Source: Schizochytrium sp. TIO01 (Eukaryota > Protista > Bigyra: Labyrinthulomycetes). Taken from it: a DNA stretch of 64,000 bases. Below, piece by piece: positions 43,631-54,602 of the stretch. The stretch lies in NCBI GenBank assembly GCA_004764695.1, contig SMSO01000032.1, positions 248,001 through 312,000 on the forward strand, written 5' to 3'. Made by a program: the position numbers and the translations under genes. Within the stretch, counting starts at the first letter, position 1; each line of letters opens with the position of its first letter. The notes beneath the pieces were generated by a model that worked only from the letters and a program-made list of their open reading frames with translations, made no database searches and was not told the DNA's origin.

Positions 43631-46309
43631 TTAGTTTACCGAGTTCTTACGTCGGCGATGGTCGTCGTCCTGGTCTCGGCGAAGAAAAACCTGCCAGAGA
43701 ATATATTGCTCGTTAAGCGGACTTTGAATATCTTGGACTTTACAGAGAGCTCGCTTTCGATGTGAAAGCTTCATCTCTGGTGTGGGTTTATAAATAGCAA
43801 GAATAGCGCCCTCGCGCATCGTACGCACGTCAAGATCAGAACAACTTGCGGGTGTGGCGAAAACGAGATGCGCATCTGCAAAAGCTCGCATTGCTGAAGA
43901 AGGGGCCTGAAAGCGAATATCAGGAATTGTCTGCGTGGGAATATTTGCCACCTCTTCGTTGTTTTCATCATCTACGTCTTCAAAACTCGGAACGAAAAGA
44001 TTTTCCATATCAGCCTCAAAACTTTCTACAGCTCGACCACCTTCTTGGCGAAGCTCTGCGTTTTCTTCATAGCCTATCGCACTTGCGAAGGACTGTGAAA
44101 GGCACGCAGCGAGAATTGCTTGACCTTTACCGGCTTGTAAGTCGCACAGGATCTTATCTGTGAAGGTCAACCGATGCATTAACTGCAAAGTACTTAGTAA
44201 AAGCTCTACATGCATAAATTTCTCGCAAACTATGCCCTCTGGTATGGGTTTTGCAGCAGGATTGGTTTCCCCAAATTCAGTCCAGCGAAACCCCCGCTGA
44301 GTTGACATAACCTCATAAAAACGCAACGTTCGCTTCCCACCCATCGCCCAAAGTTTTTCCCAAGTATTTTTTGGAAGCAAAGGCAGCAAGCGTCTCACAA
44401 TGTGCATATGATCAACAGCAGCAGCTATTTGGACTGCTTTATGAAGAGTTTTTTCATCTGCAAAACCAAGCGTACTTTTCATCGTGGATAGTGCACCTCG
44501 TTTCGTAGCAATTAAAAAAGCTTCCCTTTTTACATCATTTGACAAAGAAGGAAGTAGCCTTCCTAAGAGACCCAACACGTCTTCCCGGTCACGCGATGCA
44601 ACAAGCAGAAAGGCCTTTCGATGAACTTCGTGATTGACGAGCTCAGACAGCAGCTTGACAATACGACTGTCTGGGTGGCTCATACTGACTGCAAGCAGGA
44701 TACCTTGAATGAGTTGCTTATCTGTACAGTGGGGAATCGCGCGGTAAAGCATAGCCAGATCGTAGTTTCTAATTGATGTACAAAGAGCTTCAAGCGTCTT
44801 CGGCGTCCCGATTTCTGTCTTTTGATCTGGCGTAGCAGCTTTCATACCCTTCGCTCGATTCTGTGGATCCCAGCCACTTGCACAAAGCTGTTCGTATCCA
44901 ACTACAAAGGAACAGCCATGGACGTTGCAATAGTCAGCCAGGATTCTTGCTCGTGGGAAAGGATCATACAAGTAGCGATTTTCAGATAGCTTTTCCATGC
45001 ACAATTCCATGTAAATATCAAGAAAATCTGCGATCCTGGTCTTCGAAATTGACTCGATAGGATCCATATGCACGTGTTCGTATGCATGTGTACGCATCAT
45101 ATCAAGGAATAATGGCCTCAAAATTTGCTGTGTAAACTTTTCTCGGCTAGGTCTCCATTGGGCACCAGAGAGCGCCCGGAATTTGTTTGCGGCACATTCA
45201 AGCATTGTTATTTGAGTTAGGACCTCATTGAGCTGGGTGCGTTGAGCAGCCCTACGCGTAGATTCCAAAGCATCAGTTGCATCCAGAACTCGGTCATCAT
45301 TAATTTCCTCACTGGTCTCATCAGGATAGCCATCCATAAAATCGTCGTCATTATCATCCTCATCATCGGGGTTCTCAACATTGTATTTGTTCCCTGAAAC
45401 GGAACCGCGATGTTGTTGGTCAGGATTTTCATCATCATTTTCATCATCTGTTTCGTTATTGTTGATTCTTTTGGGCTTCTCCTCCGCTTGCTGCTGGCTG
45501 CTGTCTTCATCTCCTTTCTGATGGTCGTCTCGGTCTACCTCCGCGTCATCTTGGCCAACCGTGGGTTTATCTTTGAAGTATGATTTGTGGTTTGCTGCAT
45601 TGACGACATGATCTGACAATTCTGCCTGAGAGAACTCTGAAAAGGGATAGTGCTGATTAAGCTTTCTTGATGGACCTTTTGTTGCAGCCTTTGCTTGCCA
45701 TGCTGGACACTTTGGCGCATCAGGGTCGCCCACTGAAAAGCGCCGATGAACTCGGTCATCGTTTTCAGTAATAGCTGAGCTTACAAACCGTTCTCGTCGC
45801 TTTTTGTTTATAAATTGATAAGCCCGAGCTGGTTCTGCCCGTCCTTCGTTGCGCTGCTGCTGCTGCTGCTGAAATTGGCGCCATGCCTGTTCAGCATCAA
45901 AGAGTGTCATAGCTACTGCAGAGGTTCTGTGTGAGAGATTACCTTTAAGTGGGGCGAATGGAACTACATATGACTGCCTTCGTGCGTCGTTAAGCATTGA
46001 TCGCATGCGCATTTGTCCAGGGAAATGAACTGAATCGACCGTATTTTCCACTGATTCTATCAATCGCTGGCCATCTTCGGGTATTTGCAAGCCCTCCGCC
46101 GGTGCCTTGTGTTCCAGGTCATCAATCCCTTTCACAAAGGTTTCCTTTTGGTCCTCTTTAAAGTCCAAAAGCTGATGAGCTCTAACATGCGTATTTAGCG
46201 CTAATGTTTGAAGTTGCAGAGCAGCCTTATCTACTACTGGCGGTACAGATACATGATTAGCAACCGTGTTGACTACCGAGCTCGTAACCGAAGATGCTGC
46301 GCTGCCCAT
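43631..46309 (-). CDS. Unknown protein with acidic disordered N-terminus, helical (ankyrin-like) repeats and a C-terminal DOT1-like class I methyltransferase fold (degenerate)
   Basis: C-terminal LCDLQAGKGQAILAACLSQSFASAIGYE resembles DLGSG.GK.V.AA......G.E of DOT1-like MTases; ADAHLVF follows. First ATG at 46309. Confidence 0.6.
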   Translation of the reverse strand: MGSAASSVTSSVVNTVANHVSVPPVVDKAALQLQTLALNTHVRAHQLLDFKEDQKETFVKGIDDLEHKAPAEGLQIPEDGQRLIESVENTVDSVHFPGQMRMRSMLNDARRQSYVVPFAPLKGNLSHRTSAVAMTLFDAEQAWRQFQQQQQQRNEGRAEPARAYQFINKKRRERFVSSAITENDDRVHRRFSVGDPDAPKCPAWQAKAATKGPSRKLNQHYPFSEFSQAELSDHVVNAANHKSYFKDKPTVGQDDAEVDRDDHQKGDEDSSQQQAEEKPKRINNNETDDENDDENPDQQHRGSVSGNKYNVENPDDEDDNDDDFMDGYPDETSEEINDDRVLDATDALESTRRAAQRTQLNEVLTQITMLECAANKFRALSGAQWRPSREKFTQQILRPLFLDMMRTHAYEHVHMDPIESISKTRIADFLDIYMELCMEKLSENRYLYDPFPRARILADYCNVHGCSFVVGYEQLCASGWDPQNRAKGMKAATPDQKTEIGTPKTLEALCTSIRNYDLAMLYRAIPHCTDKQLIQGILLAVSMSHPDSRIVKLLSELVNHEVHRKAFLLVASRDREDVLGLLGRLLPSLSNDVKREAFLIATKRGALSTMKSTLGFADEKTLHKAVQIAAAVDHMHIVRRLLPLLPKNTWEKLWAMGGKRTLRFYEVMSTQRGFRWTEFGETNPAAKPIPEGIVCEKFMHVELLLSTLQLMHRLTFTDKILCDLQAGKGQAILAACLSQSFASAIGYEENAELRQEGGRAVESFEADMENLFVPSFEDVDDENNEEVANIPTQTIPDIRFQAPSSAMRAFADAHLVFATPASCSDLDVRTMREGAILAIYKPTPEMKLSHRKRALCKVQDIQSPLNEQYILWQVFLRRDQDDDHRRRKNSVN

Positions 46310-47020
46310 TGACCAGTCGTTAGCCAACCCCTTCTCCAGCGCTCGGCCCGCCCCGTCTGTCAATTGGAGCCACTACAGCCTTTCTATTTTTGGTATCACA
46401 ACGAAGAATAAACGTTGCTGCCAGCCGCCCGCACCAGCACTAGTGGCTCTTACTGTAGCTCTCAATGTTGCATGTGTGGCTATTATTTCAATTGATAATT
46501 TCCTTTGTCCCCTGCGCCTAGACTTCACTTTGCACCCTGGCTCGGGGTACACTCCCCAAAGTTCACGGGACCTCGTGCATGTTCCCATTTGAGGTTTCGA
46601 CTTGCGCGAGAACTTGCTTGTGGCTCGTGAACACTCTAAGTGAGAACGTGGGCACCGTCTAGAACCTTCCCAAGTGAGCCTCCAGGACCAGATCATATCT
46701 TCAGTCCCCCAAGAGGCTGCGGGAGTCGAACGCCTTTACACCAACTAGCAAACAACTAAAAGCAGGCTTCATTTCGCAAGTGCGTCTATTCGTTCCCGGA
46801 CTTTTCCTGGTGCTCCCCGGGCGTCACCTTTTTTCCCACTTTTACTCCCACGCAGATCACTGTCACGCATGCTCCAGACACATCACTCCCGTCGTCACGA
46901 TCACATCTCCACTTGCTAGTTTCGCGCTCCTGCTCCACGTAGGGATTTATGCAATCTCAACGGATCTCTGACCTGCCTATGAGAATTGGGACACGTGCGA
47001 GACAATATGAAAGACCCGGT

Positions 47021-47032
47021 GGGGGGGGGGGG
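47021..47032. repeat. G12 homopolymer in the divergent intergenic region
   Basis: Read directly from the sequence. Confidence 0.9.
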
Positions 47033-47410
47033 TATCATGGGACTAAATGAGTATCAACGACAGCAACCCCATTGTATGTCCCGGGAGTTTGGAGCGGCCT
47101 CTTGAACACAGTGTCCAGAAGGCCCCCCAAGTAAGCCAATCTCGCCTCACGCCACAGAGCCTAGGCGTTCCTAGGGCGCTGGTAGCGAGACTACGGAGCA
47201 CCACGTGTACTGGCGAAGCATTGACCTTCGCTGGGCCGCCGATGGTGGCTCGTTTTGGGGAATTTCAGGAGATAGCAGGCATTTGTGGAGGTTAAGAAGT
47301 GAAAAGAATGAGAGCGTGGTGTGGAGGCACGAGCAAGCACTTGGGCTCAGCGTAGTGTGCTTGCACGATTCTTTGTTTGATTGTTTGTTTGAGTGGTATT
47401 TGATGCATAT

Positions 47411-49056
47411 ATGCAGGCCTTCGGTAGCTCCTTGGATTCAGTGGAGCTGCGGAAGACCGAATCTCAGAAACTTGAAGTAGAGCAGATCCTCAACTTGGGT
47501 TGGTGCATTCAAAAGATGGACAAGTGGCTCTTTGGAACTATGTACGGCCAGCCGCTCGATGCTGGTGAAGATGTACTCTTCGACGCCGAGGAGAAACTTC
47601 AAGAAATTGAAGGTCCGGTAATGGAGATCAAAGTGAGAGGCTGCCGATCGGAACAGACAGAAAAGCTGCAAAGAAAAATGGAGGACATGAACGTAGGTTC
47701 TTCGTATAAATCGAAGCAGTCGTTGCACAATGCTAGAAAGGAGATGCAAAGCAGCAGTTCATATAGGCGAATACCAGGAAAGATGCCAGCTCAGGATCTC
47801 CAGGTTCATACCAATTGCTTGGAGCTTGAGGTTCTGCTTCGTAACGAACGTATTCGTGGTGCGTGTCTGGGGAAACTGGTTGACCAGGAGCGGCGACGCT
47901 TGAACGAACTTCATGAAGCCACCCGAGCAGTTCAGCAATTACTTCCACTGCAGTCGTCACCGAGGTCGCAAGCTTCTCCCCAGGTTTCTTGCAAGATGAT
48001 TGTGGTTTCCATACACACCGACTCAGTAACCAAAATTATACAAGCAACGGACATGCAACAAAGAAGAACTTTAAAGGACACGGAATGCAGGAATCGGGTC
48101 ACTTCTTAGACATAAACGATCTCGCACAGTGCCTTCAGGAAGAGGAAGCTTCTCATGATAGGCGCTTTGCGCACCTCTCAAACTTAAGTTATAGCTCTGA
48201 AGGATGCAAATGGAGCTCTCAATCAGAATGGTCACATAGTACGGGATCGTTTGGAGCTAACAACCGTCACAAAGCTTGCCGAGCAGCCTTAAACAAAGCT
48301 CTTGGTCGAATCAAAGCAGGGGATTTTGCAGGTGCAAAGGCTTTTTTGACTCAATCAACCTGGCTAAGCCGTCGCGAAGGTATTATTGTTGTTGAAGGCC
48401 GTGCATGTGCTAATCTTGCAGCTCTCATTGCTTTGGAAGGGGATTGCCAAGAAGCACACAGATTATCCCAACGCGCGCTACACATTTTTCGAAGCACCGG
48501 GGAGAGATCTCTTGAGTGCAAGACACTGACAAACAGTATCTTCTATTGTATAGCATTGAAACGATATGACGAGGCTATGGGTATGGCTCTCAGGAAGAGT
48601 ATGATTTCAGAAGACGAGAATGAACGCAATTTAGGGAAGGCATGGATTCGTCGCTTGCAGGATTTTGTATGCTCTGCATTCGACTACGAACACATACCAC
48701 AGCCTGTTGACCACGTTCGCCTAAAACATCTCACTCGCCACCAAAGCTCTCTTGCAGACGATGTGGTTCACCATCGCACCCCTTGTTTGGAAACTGTGCA
48801 ACAGGATTATATGCTATTGTTTCCTGAATGGCACATCCAATACACTTCTCCTTCTCAACAGCAAGACACACGTCTGCTTCATTCTGAAGGCGCTGTAAAT
48901 TCGTTTGCTGAGCTATCGAGCCGCTCTGCACCTCGAAGGAATCAACGCGCTCGTTCCCAAAGTGATAACCATTTGGACAAGCTATATCGGTCAGCACCTG
49001 GTCTTCTCCCAAATGGTACAAAGCGTAATTTTACAGAGAAGCTCATTGTTGTCTGA
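47411..49056 (+). CDS. Probable single gene for a coiled-coil plus TPR-like protein, split by a -1 frame change near 47978-47981
   Basis: ORFs 47393-48109 and 47989-49056 overlap. The second has TPR-like helices (EGRACANLAALIALEGDCQEAHRLSQRALHIFR; KRYDEAMGMA). One added C in CCCC gives ...SQASPPGFLQDDC.... Confidence 0.55.
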
Positions 49057-49890
49057 GCGTTTTCGATTATTTTTAATGAAACAATTGTATCAGCTTGGTC
49101 TGCTATAAATGTTCAATTAATGCAATTTCAGACTGCATGCGTAAACACATGAAGAAACAATGCAACGCATTTCCTTTTTCGAAATGATATTTCAGATAGT
49201 CTTCTTCATTTCTCTTTCCGGGCTTCTATCGAGTCCGCTTATTCTCATTTTGATTTCATTCATTACCAAATTCATGATAAATTGCCCACATTTTCCTCAT
49301 CATACTTTGGAAAGCAAGAAATCCAAGCAGACGCGTGTCTGTTTGTTTTTCTCAAATTCCGTTCTCTTCTTGCTTTAGCCCCCCACTCTCACCAGGAGGT
49401 ATTCACGCATCGATCTCCTGAAACCCATCAGCATTATAGTTCTCCAGCTAGGTAACTCTAAAGGTACATTATAGTATCCCCTTTCCTCTTCTCTTCCTTT
49501 TGCTGTTGTACTCCTATCCAAACCCGTATTAGGTCCTAGCAGCACCTTGTACAACGTTCTCGATCTTCTTATTCAAGCCAAATAAAACGTTATTTATCTC
49601 TATAGTAAGTGAAGATTTGAAGTGAGCTATTCACTGCATCTACAGTGAACAGTATAGTCTTCTAAATGAGTTAAACGCTCTGTAAGTGAAACAAATCTCC
49701 CAGTGCACATGAAGAAAATGTTGGAGGACATCTTCGTCCAAACCCGTATCGAGGCAGTCAGCTTCGCTGCTGTTCCAGCTCCGCTGATCTTTCCGCGCCA
49801 CCTTCCGTTGTGCGCCTCCGTACCCTCCTTACGTCCAAGTCTTCCTCCGTGTTTCTTTGTCGTATTTTCTGATCGACAGTCGCCGTCAAG

Positions 49891-51628
49891 ATGGCGCCTG
49901 CCATGAAGGTAACCTTGAAGTGGGAGGAGGGTTCCGACGAGGCCTCCCACTCTGTTATCAAGCTCACTCTCCCGCGCAAATGGAAGGAGGGCCCTACGCT
50001 TCAGCTTAAGGAGACCTTTGTCGACCAGTACAACAAAAAACACCCTGATTCTCCATTGGATCTCTCTCAGACGCATCTTCTCAACACCCGCGGCCAGGCG
50101 CTCTCTGACGCCGACATTGTCTTCCGCGTCCTCGAGCACGGCGAGCACGTTCGCGTCAAGCCCGGCCCGGCTCCTTCACGGCTTTTGGTGCCGAACGAGC
50201 CTAAGGCAGAATCATCCAAGACATCGAAGCCCTCACAAATCCCGTCAGACTCCGCTTCAGATTCACACTCTGCGGCACAGCGGGCGTCGCAGGTTCCTAC
50301 ACCTGTTGAGGCTAGTGGCTCTAACTTGGTAGGGAGCAAGGAAGCGCTTGACAAAGCGCGGAAGATTGACTTTGATTACTCCAAGTGGGACCGGCTGGAT
50401 TTGAGTGATGACGATGGAGATGACTGTCACCCGAACATTGACAAGGAGAGCTGGAAGCGACTGATGGCGCAAAAGCGGGCGGATCGTAGAGCGAAGGAGG
50501 ACGAGAAGATTTCTGCATTTCAGTCGAAGATCGATAAATACTCAAAGAAGGTAGCAGAAATTCAGGCCAAAATTGACAAGGCGCAGGCGGATGACGAAGA
50601 TGTGGCGCAGTGGATTGTGGACCGCGACGATGCAAAGGACTCGCTGGAGAAGTACCAGGCGAAGCTCAACCACTTTCTTGGTACAAGAAAACTCACGGCA
50701 GACGACCTTTGCAACATCAAGGACGACCGCACGTCAGTAGCAAAACACGCAGAAATGACACCGCTGCAGACCGGACTTCCGGCACCGAAGCCGGCAGTTA
50801 CGACATCTGCGGAGCCTAAACCCAACCATGCGCCCAGAGTCGCCTCCTGACGAGAGTGGGGAGTACGATGCTTATATTAAATTACATCGCGCCAAGGTCG
50901 ATAAGTTTGCCGACCTCCGCTCAGATGAGGCCTCGGAGCACTTTCTCCTGGAGACACCTGAGATTTTGCACAAGCACGCAGAAGGCTACCTTCTCTTACG
51001 CACACTTGACACATGCATGCGCCACCTTGGTGAGGAGGAAGACCGCGGTGGCTTGCCGGAAAAATTGAAGAAGGCATATTCTGAGGAGGAGATTGCCATT
51101 GCGCGCCAACACATGATCATTCAGTTTGTCTTAGCCCTGGCCGAAGGCAAGAACCGCGATCCTCGTGACTTTGTTCGTGCATTTTTCGTCAAGGCAGGCA
51201 AGAACTCAACACAGCGTGTTGACGGGTTTGAGCAAGATCTTGAGGCGTTTGTCCAGCGTATTCGCAACCGTGCCAAGGAGAAGCGTGAGAAGGGCGAGGA
51301 ATCTCCTTTGGCCTACCACAACCGAGACAATATTGTTGAGGTAGATGATGAGGAGTATGAGCTGGCACCTGTGGGACCTGGTGGCTTGGATCCCAACGAG
51401 GTTCTTGGTACCTTGCCTCGTGACATGCAGGAAGCCTTCATCTCACAGAATACTGATGCGCTCCGTGCTGCGCTGCAAAAACTATCCAATGAGGAAGCAC
51501 AGTATCACATGCAGCGCTGTGTTGATTCTGGACTGTGGAACCCCGGTCCTGATGAGGTTGTGGATGAAGATGAAGAGGATGATGACGAAGCTGAGGAGGA
51601 GGAGGAGTCACAAGAGGCGGCCAAGTAA
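49891..51628 (+). CDS. CDC37: Hsp90 kinase co-chaperone Cdc37 with N-terminal ubiquitin-like extension, split by a +1 frame change near 50833-50850
   Basis: ORF1 has DYSKWDRLDLSDD...HPNIDKESWKR (Cdc37 N-domain with the CK2 site). ORF2 has the middle domain (DPRDFVRAFF) and C-domain GPGGLDPNEVL..LP...HMQRCVDSGLW. Confidence 0.9.
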
Positions 51629-52224
51629 ACTGTTTGCTAAGAGCTTTAGGCTCTATTCTTCTCCAAGAAGTCTTGGTCCTGTTTACGCAAGCACATTGTG
51701 CGATGCAAATATGCATCCTAGTGTGGCGAGCTTTGGGAAGCAGAGCCCCTCGTTAATGCATGTCACTTACTACAAACGGTCATTCTATACAATCCTATTT
51801 CAAATACAACTTTAAAAAAATATAAATGAAAGGTGTACACCATTTTCTTATAAAAAAACAACACACACAAAATTAAAAATCCTCACTGTGCATTTTTCTT
51901 ATTTCTTTTATAAGTAAGAATCCCAGCCAAAAGCGCCTTGACATTTCCCCTTATTTTCTCTGAAAAAAATGACTCTGTTTTTGTTCTTCTCATCCGTTTC
52001 TTATAGAGCTGGTTTTTGAACCCAACTGTATGAGTAGGTTCGAGAAAATCAGTACCAGTCTACGACTCTCTGTAGGGATGATCATTACAATATTATATTC
52101 AGCATGTGTCTCTTTCAACAAATCAAAGTAAAAAAACAATACTTGAGCAGAGAAAGATTATAACATAGTTAAAGACTTTAATTGCGAGTACTTGGTCTCA
52201 TGAGTAGGAAGTGGGTCTTAATTC

Positions 52225-53792
52225 TTAGGTCTCGGCAGGTTTGTGGAAAGGTAAGCGAGTGGCGGTAACATAGTCCCAGAAGGCCTTCACATTGCACTTT
52301 GGCATGACCAAAAAGATGCCCAAATCACCTTGGTTTGATCGCGGAAGCAAAATATTTAAGCCAGGCAGCTGCACAGGTGGAGGTACCATATAAGCTGAAG
52401 CGCCTTTATCTGCCGGGGCACCCATGTTGACCAGCCACTGGTAGCCTGCCCACGTGTTTAGAAATGTTTGCTTGCCTCGAGCACAATCTCCTACAATATG
52501 AAAGACGCCTGTCTCTTTCCGCATGCCGAGTGCACGAGCATGTTCAAGCCAGTTCTTTCGCTTTGCAAGATTTTCTCCATCCTGACTAAGCTCTGCACGG
52601 ATTGCTCGGTGAAGGCTCAGCGCAGAAGATGCAAGTGAGGCCGGATCAATTTCTATTTGCAAGGGAACATCAAAGACCGCGTTGCCAACATAGTTCTTCG
52701 GATAGCGAGCAAGACGTCCACGTGTATTGATGGCTTGTACAACTGGACGTGTGTCTTTAGCCCAAGGACCAGCAATTGCTGCTCGTTGTGCGCATAGAAT
52801 AGAGCTCATAGCAACCTCATAGGTAGATACCCACTCACCTTGAGGCAACATGGCACTGACCGAGTCCTTGAGTCTCTCAAGTCCTTGTTTGTCAATAAAC
52901 ACTTCCACCACCTCGCAAGTGTAGCTTGACCAGACCATGTTGAAAATGAGATTCCACCAAAACCAACGGGTTGCCAAAGGAGGCGTTCCACCAATTTCGT
53001 CACGCCATTTTTGCAAAAGTTCCTTACGGGTCTTTGGTGTCTCGTCGATGGGTTTGTTTACACGAGGTGGCAATACAAGGGGTTTGAGGGTTGAAGGATC
53101 AACTTCTGAGTTGCAAGCATCTGACCAGCGTTGCATGAACTCCACATAAGTCTGCGCGTCACCAAGGCAGTGATTGAGGATGATGCTCAAGTAAGAGACG
53201 TTACGGTCTTCAAATTGAATAAGCCGGGCTTTGAGAAGTGGTTCATTTGGTGAGGTGCAGCTCCCTTCGCGGGGAGGAAAATACCAGCTTGAGACCATGC
53301 TGTACTGGAGGAGTTTACATCAGGGAGCTTCACATGCGAGTCCTTCCACGTGCCACGAACAACTTCAAAATACACACCATTTGAATCTGCATTGTCGAGC
53401 CAAAGGCTATAACGTAGGCTGTCATACTCCTTGTCGAGTCTTGCTGCTACAAAAGGAAGTTCTGCGAGGACCCGTTCCAGTCCCTTGCGAACCTTGTCAG
53501 GATCTAGATTTGACTCCACACGAAACGCGAATCGAATCCAAGTGACCGTAGTCATCTCATCTACCTCGCTCAGGGTCCAGCGTTGGCCTGCATCTGTGGC
53601 ATTCACAGATTTGACAAGGTACTGCTTGTCGACTTCCAGACTTACGAGGCGTCGCTTGGCTGCTTCTTCCGCGGCTGCAGCTTTTAGTTTCTTTTCCTTC
53701 GCTCGGCGAAGTATAAATGCTGCGCCAGCCAGCGCAACGAGTGTAGTGCCCGCTGCCACAGCGAGCTTATTATCCATTCTGAACATCATCAT
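52225..53792 (-). CDS. BAHD/transferase-family acyl-CoA acyltransferase with N-terminal membrane anchor, split by a -1 frame change near 53271-53274
   Basis: ORF A: hydrophobic LAVAAGTTLVALAGAAFIL, LSEVD, GLERVLAELPFVAARL. ORF B: PLLKARL, NHCLGDA (HxxxD), STYEV, AINTRGRL..YPKNYVGNA. Start is 53792 or 53777. Confidence 0.85.
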
Positions 53793-54602
53793 ATGCAACG
53801 CAATGTCCCAAAATTTCTCAAGATCGTGTAACCGAACAAAGCGCAATTCAGGAACTGCTTTGTACAACAACAACCTGCAAGCACACTAGACTGTCAAGAG
53901 AGTTTTGCAGCGCTGCAGCCTTAAACTGTTACGAAGACAGCTAGAGCGAATTCTCGTTTAGGATCATGCAGCAGCTCCGAACGGTACGTTCTGGGCACGT
54001 GCGCGGCACTGGTGAAGTTTCTTCGCGTCTTCACGTTCGCTTCTTCCGGATCAGGTGATTGGCCCTTCGCCACACGGAGCGAGAGCTTGGATCTTTCGGG
54101 TCGGTCCGGCAGTTTTTGCGCCAGCTTCCGTGTTTTGGGTTTGCCTGTGAACGATTAGTTCTGAGCGGCGCATCCTGGACTTCCTCGACAGATCTACGGA
54201 CTATTTCCATAGAGTTAAAGTCTCTTTAAATATAGCCACTGCCGCCAAATATGGACTTCACAAGAGCTGTGTAAAGCAGCGCTGTTAAGCGTACAATATG
54301 GAATACAGTGAGGTAAAAATGGTCCACAGTGGAGTATTCAAAGAGTCTGCGTCATAGAGAACTGTGATGCTGGATACCCTATGCACTAGTATGAACGTAC
54401 TTCCACGACAGACTTTGCATAGCTGGATTGGGCTGCACAAGGCTCAGCTTTGCTACTCGGGCTTCCCCTGTGGAGCAGCGAAAGAACTTTGCAGCTCTGG
54501 TCGCACTGCTGGTCGCAGTCACGAAGCAGTGGTGCAGCAGAGTAGTAGACGATTCGAGGGTATAACAACTTTTCTTACACTACAGTACAATACGAGACAG
54601 CC

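Noticed and set aside
46714-46790. tRNA T-loop-like GTTCGACTCCC on the minus strand
   Set aside because: No T-stem pairing, D-arm or acceptor stem could be built.
50839-50854. 16-nt GT..AG micro-intron that would restore the Cdc37 frame
   Set aside because: Poor donor (GTCGCC) and no other tiny introns in the window.
2779-51628. TLK, CK2 beta and Cdc37 as a functional kinase cluster
   Set aside because: Housekeeping genes spread over 49 kb among unrelated genes; chance adjacency is sufficient.
47411-53792. Pseudogene calls for the three split genes
   Set aside because: One lesion each, with intact motifs and no additional stops; a sequence error or recoding fits better.
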